Of a stretch of DNA of 64,000 nt, positions 54,196 to 64,000 are shown piece by piece. The stretch lies in NCBI RefSeq assembly GCF_006345805.1, contig NC_043017.1, forward strand, positions 9,920,001 to 9,984,000, in the 5' to 3' direction. The position numbers were made by a program, and so were the translations under genes. Under the pieces are notes generated by a model. The model did no database searches. It saw nothing but the letters and a program-made list of their open reading frames with translations, and was not told the DNA's origin. The DNA comes from Octopus sinensis (Eukaryota). Every line of letters begins with the position of its first letter. Position 1 is the first letter of the stretch.

Positions 54196-54307
54196 GGCCT
54201 GCTCGCTTAGCCAGCGGGGTGGCGTCATTTGAAAGCTAAAACAATGCGAAGCGCATTGTGATCAGCGATGTGTAGTAACATCTGATAGCCTGGTCGGTCA
54301 CGGTGAT

Positions 54308-54354
<47 letters not shown>

Positions 54355-56235
54355 GACACACACACAGAGTTTTACATGCGTAAATGAATCATAACTCCCA
54401 TTTTTTTTACAGCATTTTGAAAACTGTCCCCTTCTGAAGAAACCCGAAACATTTTTAATCCTTAAAGGTTTACTTAAAAAGTTGCTTCCTGTTTTATCTC
54501 AAATCCGAATTAACGAGCGTAGAAATCAGATTCGATATATCTCACAATGAATTGGTTCGATTGGAATAATTGAAAAAAGTAATTAAAAAATATTTTAAAT
54601 TTCCTCAACATAATCATACGCACACACATATATGCATACATACACACACACACACACACACCTGTATTTAAACAACATACACACACACATATATGCATAC
54701 ATACACACACACACAGACACACACCTGTATTAAACCCCTAATCATAACCTTACCCTATCCCCCCAAGCCCCATACCTAACATGGGATATGAAAATATTCC
54801 TTACTGCTAAAGGCACAAGGCTTGACATTTTTGGGGAGGGGTTTAGACCACGAAAGGATGAAAGACAAAGTCGACCTCGGTGGAATTTGATCTCAGGCAT
54901 GAAAAATATTAATACGAGAGAGAGAGAGCGGGTGGAGTTAATTTAATCAACAAGAATTAAGCGCAGTGCCCTCGTTGCGTTGCATTTCATTACGAGCTGT
55001 GCGATTACTAATGTTATTGAATGGTAGCGAAATGTATGTGTGTGGCTATGAGAGTTTGTATGATTAGGAAGTTAGCTTCGCATCGAAGAGGTTCCAGTTT
55101 CAATCCCTCTTCGCAGCACATTCGATATGTCTGTCCTCTATACGATACATAGAATAAACGGCAATCTTTCGTCTCTAGTAGACCTTTCCGTCGATTTCCG
55201 TAAAAAAATTTTTTTCTTTTACATATGGGCTTGCGGGAACTTTTGAAGTAATGAGAGCGAAAGAGACTAAGAGAAAGCGATTGTATGACGAGGGAAGTTC
55301 TTTAGAAGTTACCGTGCATGGGAAGCATTTACTAGAGACGAAAGATCGCCGAATAAACCCCTGCAGCGTGCTACAATGATCGTTTTGTAAAGGCGGTGCC
55401 CCATGGCCGCAGTCTTTCGATTGAAGCGGGTCAAAAGATAATAACGAATAGTAAACCTATGTTTATTCACGCGTGTATATGTGATACTGTGGTATATAAA
55501 AAGTAAATCTGCGTATGATGAGAGCTTGTAACATTATAACAGCAAGCGTGTGTGTGAAACTATGTAAAACATGCCATTGTGTAAAAGTATGTCTGTTGTA
55601 CGTGTATGTTTGACAATATAGAAGAAGAACAGAGGAAGAAAGGAGAACAAGATAGTGGTGGTGGTCATGGTGGTGATGAAGAAATCAATAGCAACAAGTG
55701 TGAGTCACGGCGGAAGCTATGACTTAACTTGGCCCGATTTTTTTTTTTCCCGTCTGGAAAGATTTGTCTTGTAGATGTATCCACTGATAGATATATAAAC
55801 GTTTTGGACAGATCAATCAATCAATTAATCAATCTCTCCATCTTTCTCTATTTGTCTCTCAATTTGAATGTTTAATTATTGGGAGCTGAAAATTCGTTAC
55901 TCTGAGTTTCTCCGAAAGATATGGAAAAAAGAACCAAAAAAAAAACCCCCAACAACGAGAGACTCGGAATAAGGAACAACTTCTGAAGTTTCAGATTCCA
56001 TTAAATTATAATAGTAACAATATTACTCTATGTTTAGAATCGAGTACTCCCTTTTCTTGTTCGCACCTAAGTGGGTGTGTGTGTGTATGTATGTATGTTT
56101 TTTGTTTTTTGATAAGATTGTCGACTCCCAGCGCAAAACAGAAGGAACTACGTTGAAACAAAAAGCTGGAACACCCGAATAATAATAATAATAATGATAA
56201 ACATTGTGTACAGTGCTCAGGTGCATGTTTGTATG

Positions 56236-56268
<33 letters not shown>

Positions 56269-56510
56269 TGTTGGTAAATGCTCGAAATACGAGACTAGAA
56301 AAACAGCCAACAACTGATGAAGGGTCGTTGTTTATGTTGTTTGTTTTGTTTTCCTTTTGTGTCTTTCGTTGTTCGAAAGAACAGTCCATGTTCCGTGTAC
56401 TCGTACTTCGTATTTTTGTTTGTTGTACACGTTTCATGACGTCCTGTGCCCACATATGCTTATATATATATACGTATAGATGTATGTACATATACGTATG
56501 TATATATACG

Positions 56511-56573
<63 letters not shown>

Positions 56574-57455
56574 TATATATACAAACACACACATGAGGGT
56601 GTGCGGAAAAGTTCCTGGCTTTGTGTATGAGAAAATACAATAGGATCAGTTAATTATGATTTTATTCAACACATTCACTTCTCAGATTCACACACTTATT
56701 GCAGCGGTCCTTCAGTTTTTTTTAAGCCCTGCAAAAAAACTCGGAAGGTTGGTACTTCAACCACACTTTTCACGACACCCTTAAAGCCACGAACCTTTCA
56801 GCACCACTTGTGTGTGTGTGTGTATAGAGAGATATGATGTGAGTTCCAAAAACACAAGGGAACCTCGAAATGCTGTTGCTCGACTTACTAGAAGTAGTAG
56901 CTAAATTTGCGTGAGTCACCTCAAGAAAGGAACACACTGGTAAATACAATACTAGCAATAATGAAGATGATGATGATGATGGAACAGAATGGTCACGGCT
57001 CGAATGTTTTCTTATTTGACCAGAAAGCAACAATTTAAGACTATGCACCCAAACACACACGCATACCCAGGCAATACCTCTTTTACATACCATTACAGTC
57101 TGACGCTAAATTTGCCATGCGGAACTGGACGAATGACCCAAATCTTACTTGAGAATCTCTAATCGTATTTACACACATGGGTGTGTATTTCAGAAATTTA
57201 CGAAGGGGCCCACTTATGTAGCCTCTGGCCCCGTTAGAAACAACAGCCAAATCAAGATTAGACAGAGAGATAGAAAGATAAGTAGAACAGAACAACGAAT
57301 AGTCAGGAAGAGGAAGAGGGCTAACTCCGATTGGAGATATACTTACCCGTGTCTTGTGTGATCAAAACTAGGGGTACTCCAATAACAAGGGCAGTGTGGA
57401 CAGCCCGGATGATGATATAGGCGCGACAGAAAGGCAAGTCGGACAGATTGATCAT
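39854..57455 (-). CDS. ZDHHC12: DHHC palmitoyltransferase, ZDHHC12-like; 5 coding exons, 858 nt, 285 aa
   Basis: Exons 57455-57347, 49340-49204, 42851-42744, 42029-41863 and 40190-39854 join in frame. Contains a DHHC-CRD ([31 protein letters not shown]), four TM segments, TTWE and NPF motifs. The N-terminus RAVHTAL...QDT/ELRR resembles ZDHHC12 specifically. Confidence 0.92.
40818..41045 (+). mobile_element. tRNA-derived SINE family B (~230 bp)
   Basis: ggcggcgagctggcagaa head, GAGTTCAAATTC B box. Other copies: 2872-3090 +, 3111-3320 +, 25700-25935 +, 41556-41790 +, 44345-44577 -, and fragments at 300-530, 24985-25110 and 34330-35700. Confidence 0.9.
41556..41790 (+). mobile_element. SINE family B
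   Basis: Full-length copy. Confidence 0.9.
41863..42029 (-). CDS. ZDHHC12: ZDHHC12 exon 4 ([37 protein letters not shown]...)
   Basis: ttattcag acceptor, gtaagc donor; DHHC motif. Confidence 0.96.
42150..42568 (-). mobile_element. SINE family A
   Basis: Full-length reverse copy. Confidence 0.9.
42744..42851 (-). CDS. ZDHHC12: ZDHHC12 exon 3 ([13 protein letters not shown]...RRCDFCEVQ)
   Basis: ctttag acceptor, gtgagc donor; first CxxC of the CRD. Confidence 0.92.
43081..43780 (+). mobile_element. (TA)n-flanked ~542-bp unit with ~145-bp terminal direct repeat (non-autonomous PLE or retrozyme-like)
   Basis: Repeats at 43092-43238 and 43634-43774. Related fragments on the - strand at 14069-14262 and 17000-17193. 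Confidence 0.75.
43536..43591 (+). ncRNA. Variant hammerhead-like motif (CCGATGA core)
   Basis: ttctgag-CCGATGA...GAAAC-GTAC-GT-ctcgaa. Palindromic ACGTACGT, weak helix II, and apparently no unpaired residue 17. Confidence 0.45.
44345..44577 (-). mobile_element. SINE family B
   Basis: Full-length reverse copy. Confidence 0.9.
45683..48487. mobile_element. 2.8-kb non-autonomous hAT element with nested cargo
   Basis: Ends CGGTGATTCCCAA and TTGGGAACCACTG; TSD gtccccac/gtccccat. Confidence 0.75.
47283..47667 (-). mobile_element. SINE family A inserted into a fold-back arm
   Basis: Splits gacgactt|gttcag of the inverted repeat. Confidence 0.9.
48644..49054. mobile_element. Unclassified TIR element
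   Basis: TIRs ggatctttttggtttgaacggcagtttt and aaaactgctgttcaaactgaaaagatcc. Confidence 0.75.
49204..49340 (-). CDS. ZDHHC12: ZDHHC12 exon 2 (LRRAVYY...[13 protein letters not shown])
   Basis: ttttccag acceptor, gtaagt donor; TM segment followed by NPG (DPG motif). Confidence 0.92.
52776..53515 (+). mobile_element. Decayed hAT (Buster/Charlie-type) transposase C-terminal remnant with left TIR
   Basis: CAGTGGTTCTTAACC end; [12 protein letters not shown]...LQGKN...[10 protein letters not shown]; dimerisation-domain-like FW...[10 protein letters not shown]...KTKHRNRL; contains stops and frameshifts. Confidence 0.88.
55160..55350. mobile_element. Internally deleted copy of the 1833-2266 MITE, 8-bp TSD gaataaac
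   Basis: One full TIR plus internal sequence, joined to the last ~21 bp of the other TIR; TSD at 55152-55159 and 55351-55358. Confidence 0.85.
56594..56810. mobile_element. Mariner-type MITE, decayed
   Basis: TIRs tgagggtgtgcggaaaagttcctggcttt and aaagccacgaacctttcagcaccacttg. Confidence 0.7.
57347..57455 (-). CDS. ZDHHC12: ZDHHC12 exon 1 ([36 protein letters not shown])
   Basis: ATG at 57455, gtaagt donor, phase 1 giving E of ELRR. Not in the ORF track because it is short. Confidence 0.88.
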
Positions 57456-59834
57456 GTTGGAATGTTTAATGGTAATGTTGGTAGTTATGCGTGTGTGGGA
57501 AAGTATATTGTTGAGTTAGCAATGAAATGGAAGGAAAAACTGCGGAACTGCTTATAGAATAATCCACAAATATATATATATATAGTATAAATATATTTTG
57601 GAACCTAGGGAGAAAAAAAATTCAACAACACGTTTCCTTGATCGGTGCGAAGAGAAGGAGAGAAACAGGCTTGGTGGATAAATCTCCGTTCTTTCACAAT
57701 CAAGGAAATTAAGCTGATGAAGAAGGGATCGAACAGGATATGAAAGCTATGGTATGAGAAAAAGGGTATCCAAATCGATGTGGTGAGAATCAAACCACAG
57801 TTTGATCGCTCCTTCAGCGTATCCCATGTAGCGACATAGCAGGATCTGAAACCCTTAAAGTCGCTACATTTTCCTCTTTGATGTCGCCGACTTCCTTTCA
57901 ATCCAGATTTCGACGCAGTTTGTAAACACGAGGAGGGGCAGATAACTGCGGGTTTTGTTATTGTTGGAGGAATGTAGGATTACAAGAGAGTTCTCGTAGT
58001 AGTGGGGAGTTAACTCGGTATGTTTATAATTGTATCACAACGCCCACACTCGGGATGAAAATTTCCTTCTCTTTCTATTTATCTATATCCTCTCATTTTC
58101 TCTATTTCCTCTCACACATTTACTCCATATAGTATTCCTATACAATAGAGTCGGAAATTAACTAGTCTCCTCCCCCCAAGTGCAATTTCTTTGGATCTTA
58201 TGTTTTAAACAACACAGACTACTATATATATATACACATACATACATACACACACATACACACACACATATATATAAGGCATACCTACATTAGTGTGCCA
58301 CCCTCACACCGACTTTCTCATAATTTTTATTAAAATAGATATTTAAAAATAAAATTGGATCTTTTCTGTTGCTGTCATAGTTTTGCATTTTTGTTTAATT
58401 TTGTTCCAATTGTTTTAAACAATTTCTTAAAAACATTTTCTTAAAAATTTTTTTTCTGTAATGAGTGAATAACAAAATCAGATTCAACATACCAAATTCG
58501 AACATTTTCACTTAATTTTAAAATTTCAAAAATTGTGACTGCAACAGAAAAGACCTCACTCTCTCCCTCCTTCTCTCAGGCTTATTCTCTCTCTCCCCGT
58601 CTCTCCTTCTCCATTCTCTCTCCTGTCTCTATCTGTCTGTCTGTCTCTCTCTCTTTCTCCCCCCCTTCTGTTTCTCCCTTTTTGTCTCTCTCCCCCATCC
58701 TATCTCTCTCTCTGCTATCTCCTACCTCCCTCTCTCTCTCCCCCAATTCGTCCCCTCTCTTTTCATAATACCTTCCTGTTCTTCTTTGGGATAAAACTTC
58801 TCCAAAGAGGGAGGGAGTCTTTTCTTGCGATCGTTCAACCAGCAAGAGATAGCAGCCAAACCTTTAAATCATGATCTACCGTCTCCCCCTGCTCCCAAAG
58901 GAAAGAACATAGACAACATAGATCTTAAAAAAGATAGTGTGGTCATCATTGGAATACCTTTCTGTGATCATAGGTCTGTTTGACCAGGGCTGACTTGGAG
59001 CTAAACAAAACACCTTACCAACCACTTCTAGGATCCTTCTTCATCCTTAGACTTTTATTGTAATTCTGTTCAAATATAAGATGTTATGTCAAATTGTATT
59101 CTGGTCATGTGTGTGTATGTATGTATGTATGTGTGAGTGTTGTGTATGCATGTATGTGTATGCATGTTTGTATGTATGTATGTACATATGTATGTGTGTA
59201 TGTGCAGATTTGTATGTTTTATGTATGTATTCTCATGCATATACTTGCATATCTAGACATGCTCATATATATTTAAATGATAAACTTTTGGAAAGTTTTA
59301 CAGATTTTTACAGTTCCAGTGATGGCTTGGATCTGTAGTCTTTGAATTAGCTTTCTCTGTTCGGGTTTTAAGAAGCCTAATTTCTTAAGATTGGTATTTA
59401 GGCAGTGTGTTACATATCCCAGGTCCCCAATAACTACAGATGATGATGATGATGATGAAACCTGAATTTGTAATTTGGATAGAGTAACTGCAGATTTCTC
59501 GCGGTCAATGAAATAAGTAGCAGATGAGCGTTGGAATCAATATATTCAGCTAGTCCCCACCTTAACATATCAAGCCTTGTACTTAAAAGAGAAAGAAGAA
59601 AATATTTCAAATAAAAGAAGCACAGCAGATATGTATCAAAATTAAAATTTAATAGAAGTAAAAAAAATCAATTAGAATTTTTTTACGAGTTTAAAATCGA
59701 TTGGAAGAAACAAAATTGAATTAGAATTTGTAGATGTTTAAAACCGGTAAAAAAAATGTAGATTTTTCTGATTATGTTTAAATGACATTTTTTTAGAAAA
59801 AAATAATTTCTCTGCTGAATGACTGTAAAAGCAT

Positions 59835-59934
59835 TCAGTTTAGCATCTTTTTGGCTGCTGCCCATTTCTTAATCATTTCTTCTTCTTTGGCTCGGACTTC
59901 AATCACACTGGCTGAATCCTTCGGATGGGGTCCT
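59835..59934 (-). CDS. Probable last coding exon of an unidentified upstream gene (GPHPKDSASVIEVRAKEEEMIKKWAAAKKMLN*)
   Basis: tattatctttgcag acceptor, open K/E-rich helical frame ending in TGA, then AT-rich sequence containing ATTAAA. Reading frame and identity are not confirmed. Confidence 0.45.
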
Positions 59935-61799
59935 CTGCAAAGATAATACATTTTTTAATCATTATTTTACTTTGCTGCTTCTCTTCCACTGTTTCTTATT
60001 TATGACTGATTCTTGCAGTCTTAACTCTGTCAAATGCAATCCTTATTTACTCACATTGTTTTATGCCAATTTGAACATAAAGCAATATTTGGACAGGATC
60101 TGACCAGTTCAAATGTTAAAGGGCTAAAGTTACTTTACTTAGGCATTTTTAGAGGAGGTTTCCATAGTTAAAAAAAAAAAACTAGTTCTGGATAAAAATC
60201 TTCAGTTTCTGAACTAAACACTTGTGATTCTGTTAATTCCACATATTGTTATGAATTAATCATGCATTATCTCATAGCTTCATAATTTCAATGATGGGAT
60301 TGTTTATTTCTAGAATGACATTGTAGCATATGCACGAGATGCTGTATTTAGCTGGTTTGAACATATAATAGAATCTTTGGGGCCAGAGATGGCCAGTTTC
60401 AATGCAAAAGGGTTAAAACTTGGGGATTCAATTGGATGAAGTAGTCTTAAATATATAAAACCAAAAGGAAGGATGGGATGCTGTTGTTTAGCCCCAGGCA
60501 AGACTTGATTCAACTTGAAATCATTTTAACCTCCACTTTTCCATGCTTTCATGGGTTGGGTGGAGTTTGCTAAGGTAAATTTTCTATAGCTGGATGCCCT
60601 TTCTGTCACCATTCTTCACCTGTTTGCAAGCAACGTAATATTTCTCCAAAGTCAGAATATTGAAAACGAATGACACTGCTTGTATAACAGTGACACTCAT
60701 TTACAACAATCATGTGATGTCAAGACAAGAAGTCACAAGCACACACACACACGATGGACTTCTTTCAGTTTTCATCTGCTATATCTCTCCCAGAAGGCTT
60801 TTGACCAAACTTGACTGACTTTAAAACCTGAAATATTATAGACAAAACATTTAAGTAACAATATGATAAGAAGAAAAGAAAACAAGAGTGTAATATATTG
60901 AAAAGAAAAAGAAATTTGTATTGATATTTTGAGCAAGAAGCTCTTTGTCAATAAATCAAAGGAGAAATTTTTAAAAACAAAATAACAATTAGAAAATTAA
61001 TACATTTAAGCATTTTTAGGTTTGAAGAAGCTGCAGTGACAACCACAAGGTGGCTTTGGATCCATAGATTGTAGCTGCTAGGATTCAAGTTGGTGTCTGA
61101 TTAACCCTGGCGAGTTCAGGTGGATGAGGTTGGTTCGTGTTGAAAGACCTGAAGGCCACAAGTTACTAATGATGTTTTCTGACTCATTCTGAAAATATAT
61201 ATTGAAAATGTATAAGACGATTAGACATTTGTTTTTATTGTTTCACCTGACTTGCAATTGTCATTGCGCCAACATTTCAGCGAGGACATCACTACCCCGT
61301 GATAGAATATGAACTTACGAACTATTCAACCAAACCAGAGTAACATTTTACCCATTATTTGTCACACGAGTAAGAAGTAAGTAATAGAGGCATATTTTCT
61401 GTTATTTTAAATTGCATCTTGGCCACTGAGCCAACAAGAGTTACCTCCCTTACCTGGCATTGTTCAGGATAGATTTTCCTCTCACTTACAAACGTATAAT
61501 AGATCTCTATCATAACTCCTTCCCACGTAATATTAATTGAATTTGAAGGATCAAAATTCAGATTTCAGAGATAAATTCTAAACAAATCACATATGCTCTC
61601 TATAAAAGATGCAGTTATTTATACATGCCAATAACATTTCTAATCCCAAAGATGAAACTCCCGAACGTCCAGAAATGTTTGATGATGGATTTGGGAATTC
61701 CACTGTCCCCAACAAACTACCAAGACCCCATCAAGTAAGCTGTAAAAAAATCTTAATAGAAAATTTAAAACTAGATCTTTCTCCTGTTTTGAATATATA

Positions 61800-62206
61800 G
61801 GCGCAGGAGTGGCTGTGTGGTAAGTAGCTTGTTTACCAACCCCATGGTTCCGGGTTCAGTCCCACTACGTGGAACCTTGGGCAAGTGTCTTTTACTATAG
61901 CCTCGGGCCGACCAATGCCTTGTGAGTGGATTTTGTAGACGGAAACTGAAAAGAAGCCCGTCGTATATATGTATATATATGTATGCGTGTGCGTGTATGT
62001 TTGTGTGTTTGTCCCCCTAGCATTGCTTGACAACCGATGCTGGTGTGTTTATGTCCCCGTTACTTAGCGGTTCGGCAAAAGAGACCGATAGAATAAGTAC
62101 TGGGCTTACAAAGAATAAGTCCCGGGGTCGATTTGCTCGATTAAAGGCGGTGCTCCAGCATGGCCGCAGTCAAACGACTGAAACAAGTAAAAGAGAGAGT
62201 AAAGAG
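61800..62206 (+). mobile_element. SINE family A
   Basis: Full-length copy. Confidence 0.9.
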
Positions 62207-62799
62207 AATATGCCTGAAAATATCGCAGTTAAACACATGAGAAGACGCTGGTTCGCCAATATGGCCAGAGTCAAGAAGATTTACCTCCCTTACCTAGATC
62301 TGGAGCTCAGGGTAGATTTTTATTACGAATTTAAGTGTTCAGTAAATCTGTTCCCTAATGTTTTCTCTTGTGGGCTGTCAATCGTAAACGAATCTATCTT
62401 TTACTTGTTTCAGTCATTGGACTACGGCTATGCTGGGGCTGTTTGTATGTGCTATGTGTGTGTGATTGTCGATGTTTACATTCTGGGCACTTTGTATGAG
62501 AATCTCCTGATATATATATATATATACAAGCGATGGAGTTTTAGAGATTTCTCAGTATAAGATGTAAACACTCATGCAAACACACACATGCATGGACATG
62601 GATACACACACACACACACGCACGCACACACACACGCACGCACACACACACACACATGTGGTGTGGCATACAGATAGCTGATGACACTTTCACCAGTTAA
62701 AATAGCTGAGTCATCATCCTAACACCACTGGGATAACTGTGAAATGTATGGTATGAGTCAACTGAATTCCGTTAATTTACATGTGGGTGTCGTATGTGG

Positions 62800-63053
62800 T
62801 GTTATATATATATATATATATATATATATGCATTTATATTTATATATATATAGCATTATATATATGCATATATATATATATATATGCATATATATATATG
62901 CAATATATATATATTATATATATATATTTATATATCTATATATATATGCATATATATATATATCTATATATATATATATTATATATATATATATATATGC
63001 ATATATATATATATATATATATATATGCATATATATATATATATATATATATA

Positions 63054-63100
<47 letters not shown>

Positions 63101-63118
63101 TATAATATATGCAATATA

Positions 63119-63164
<46 letters not shown>

Positions 63165-63496
63165 TATATATGCATATAATATATATATATATATAGGTTA
63201 TAAATGAGATAGGGTTTGAGAATTCAACCCACCATGGGATAATATATATCCAATATACTGCAGATAGGTACCCAACAAGACTAATACATAGATGTTAAAA
63301 ATTGTCAAACAATCAGTTCATCTATTGTATTATATGGGTAAAGGTAATAATATTACCGTAAATTAATACTACAAAATTAGAGAATGGAGAAACATGCTTA
63401 AATCATAAAAATCAACTATCCGATGATACCAATGGGTATCATCGGATAGTTGATGTTTTATTGATTTAAGCATGTTTCTCCATTCTCTAATTTTGT

Positions 63497-63553
<57 letters not shown>

Positions 63554-63602
63554 GCATATATGCATATATATATATATATATTATATATGCATATATGCAT
63601 AT

Positions 63603-63655
<53 letters not shown>

Positions 63656-63857
63656 TATGCATATATGCATATATATTATATATATATATATAATGCATAT
63701 ATATATATATATATATATAGATATATATGCATATATATATATATATATATAGAATATATATATGCATATATGAATATATATGCATATAAGCATATATATA
63801 TATATATATGCATATATGCATATATATATATGCATCTATATATATATGCATATATAT
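62800..63857. repeat. Long (TA)n/TATGCA microsatellite field interrupted by a (TA)-anchored element
   Basis: Direct reading of the sequence. Confidence 0.95.
63369..63498. repeat. Near-perfect hairpin, ~62-bp arms, 4-nt loop
   Basis: 63369-63430 pairs with 63435-63498. Confidence 0.92.
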
Positions 63858-64000
63858 AGGCGCAGGAGTGGCTGTGTGGTAAGTAGCTTGTCTACCAACC
63901 CCATGGTTCCGGGTTCAGTCCCACTGCGTGGCACCTTGGGCAAGTGTCTTCTACTATAGCCTCGGGCCGACCAAAGCCTTGTGAGTGGATTTGGTAGACG

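Noticed and set aside
54430-54460. CTGAAGA-AACCC-GAAAC, and CTGATGA at about 56312, as hammerheads
   Set aside because: Helix II cannot form at 54.4 kb, and no properly placed GAAA/helix III follows the 56.3-kb motif.
57090-57130. Mini-exon MANLASDCN with a gtatgt donor, and 56888-56936, as alternative ZDHHC12 first exons
   Set aside because: 57455-57347 supplies the homologous TM1 and correct phase; these have no homology support.
61099-61141. HLNSPGG resembling the ClpP INSPGG motif
   Set aside because: The flanking sequence does not fit ClpP and the junction itself is hypothetical.
61588-61739. - strand frame with a single TGA (LT*WGLGSLLG...) read as a possible selenoprotein exon
   Set aside because: No match to known Sec contexts, phase incompatible with the next candidate exon, and no SECIS recognised.
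61430-62325. Repeated ttacctcccttacct at 61441 and 62280 as paired - strand splice donors
   Set aside because: The upstream frames contain stops; more likely two decayed copies of a small repeat.
62027-62560. Recurrent MTTDAGV...[10 protein letters not shown] ORFs (also at 4306, 42134, 45116)
   Set aside because: These are chance frames in SINE family A.
62744-63859. Many YI-repeat ORFs here and at other (TA)n, (TG)n and (GAT)n tracts
   Set aside because: These are microsatellite translation artefacts.

Overview
Eukaryotic, AT-rich, microsatellite- and SINE-dense DNA. It looks like an octopus-type cephalopod genome, which is an inference from the SINE families and repeat landscape. Two complete spliced genes were assembled by hand, with GT-AG junctions and consistent phases. 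One is an 11-exon kynurenine formamidase (AFMID, + strand, 10996-31503, 300 aa). The other is a 5-exon ZDHHC12-like palmitoyltransferase (- strand, 57455-39854, 285 aa). The probable 3' end of a third, unidentified - strand gene lies near 59.8-61.3 kb. The rest is tRNA-derived SINEs, CR1 and RTE LINE fragments, hAT, piggyBac, Mariner and Mutator-like MITEs, a compound Helitron, a 78-bp minisatellite and simple repeats. The most interesting signal is a recurring class of (TA)n-anchored, Penelope-like elements. They carry type I hammerhead ribozyme motifs, almost all with a self-complementary helix III despite differing sequences. They appear as a 2-kb fold-back around a GIY-YIG endonuclease ORF with no RT, as a circularly permuted ~540-nt retrozyme-like unit, and as long terminal hairpins.
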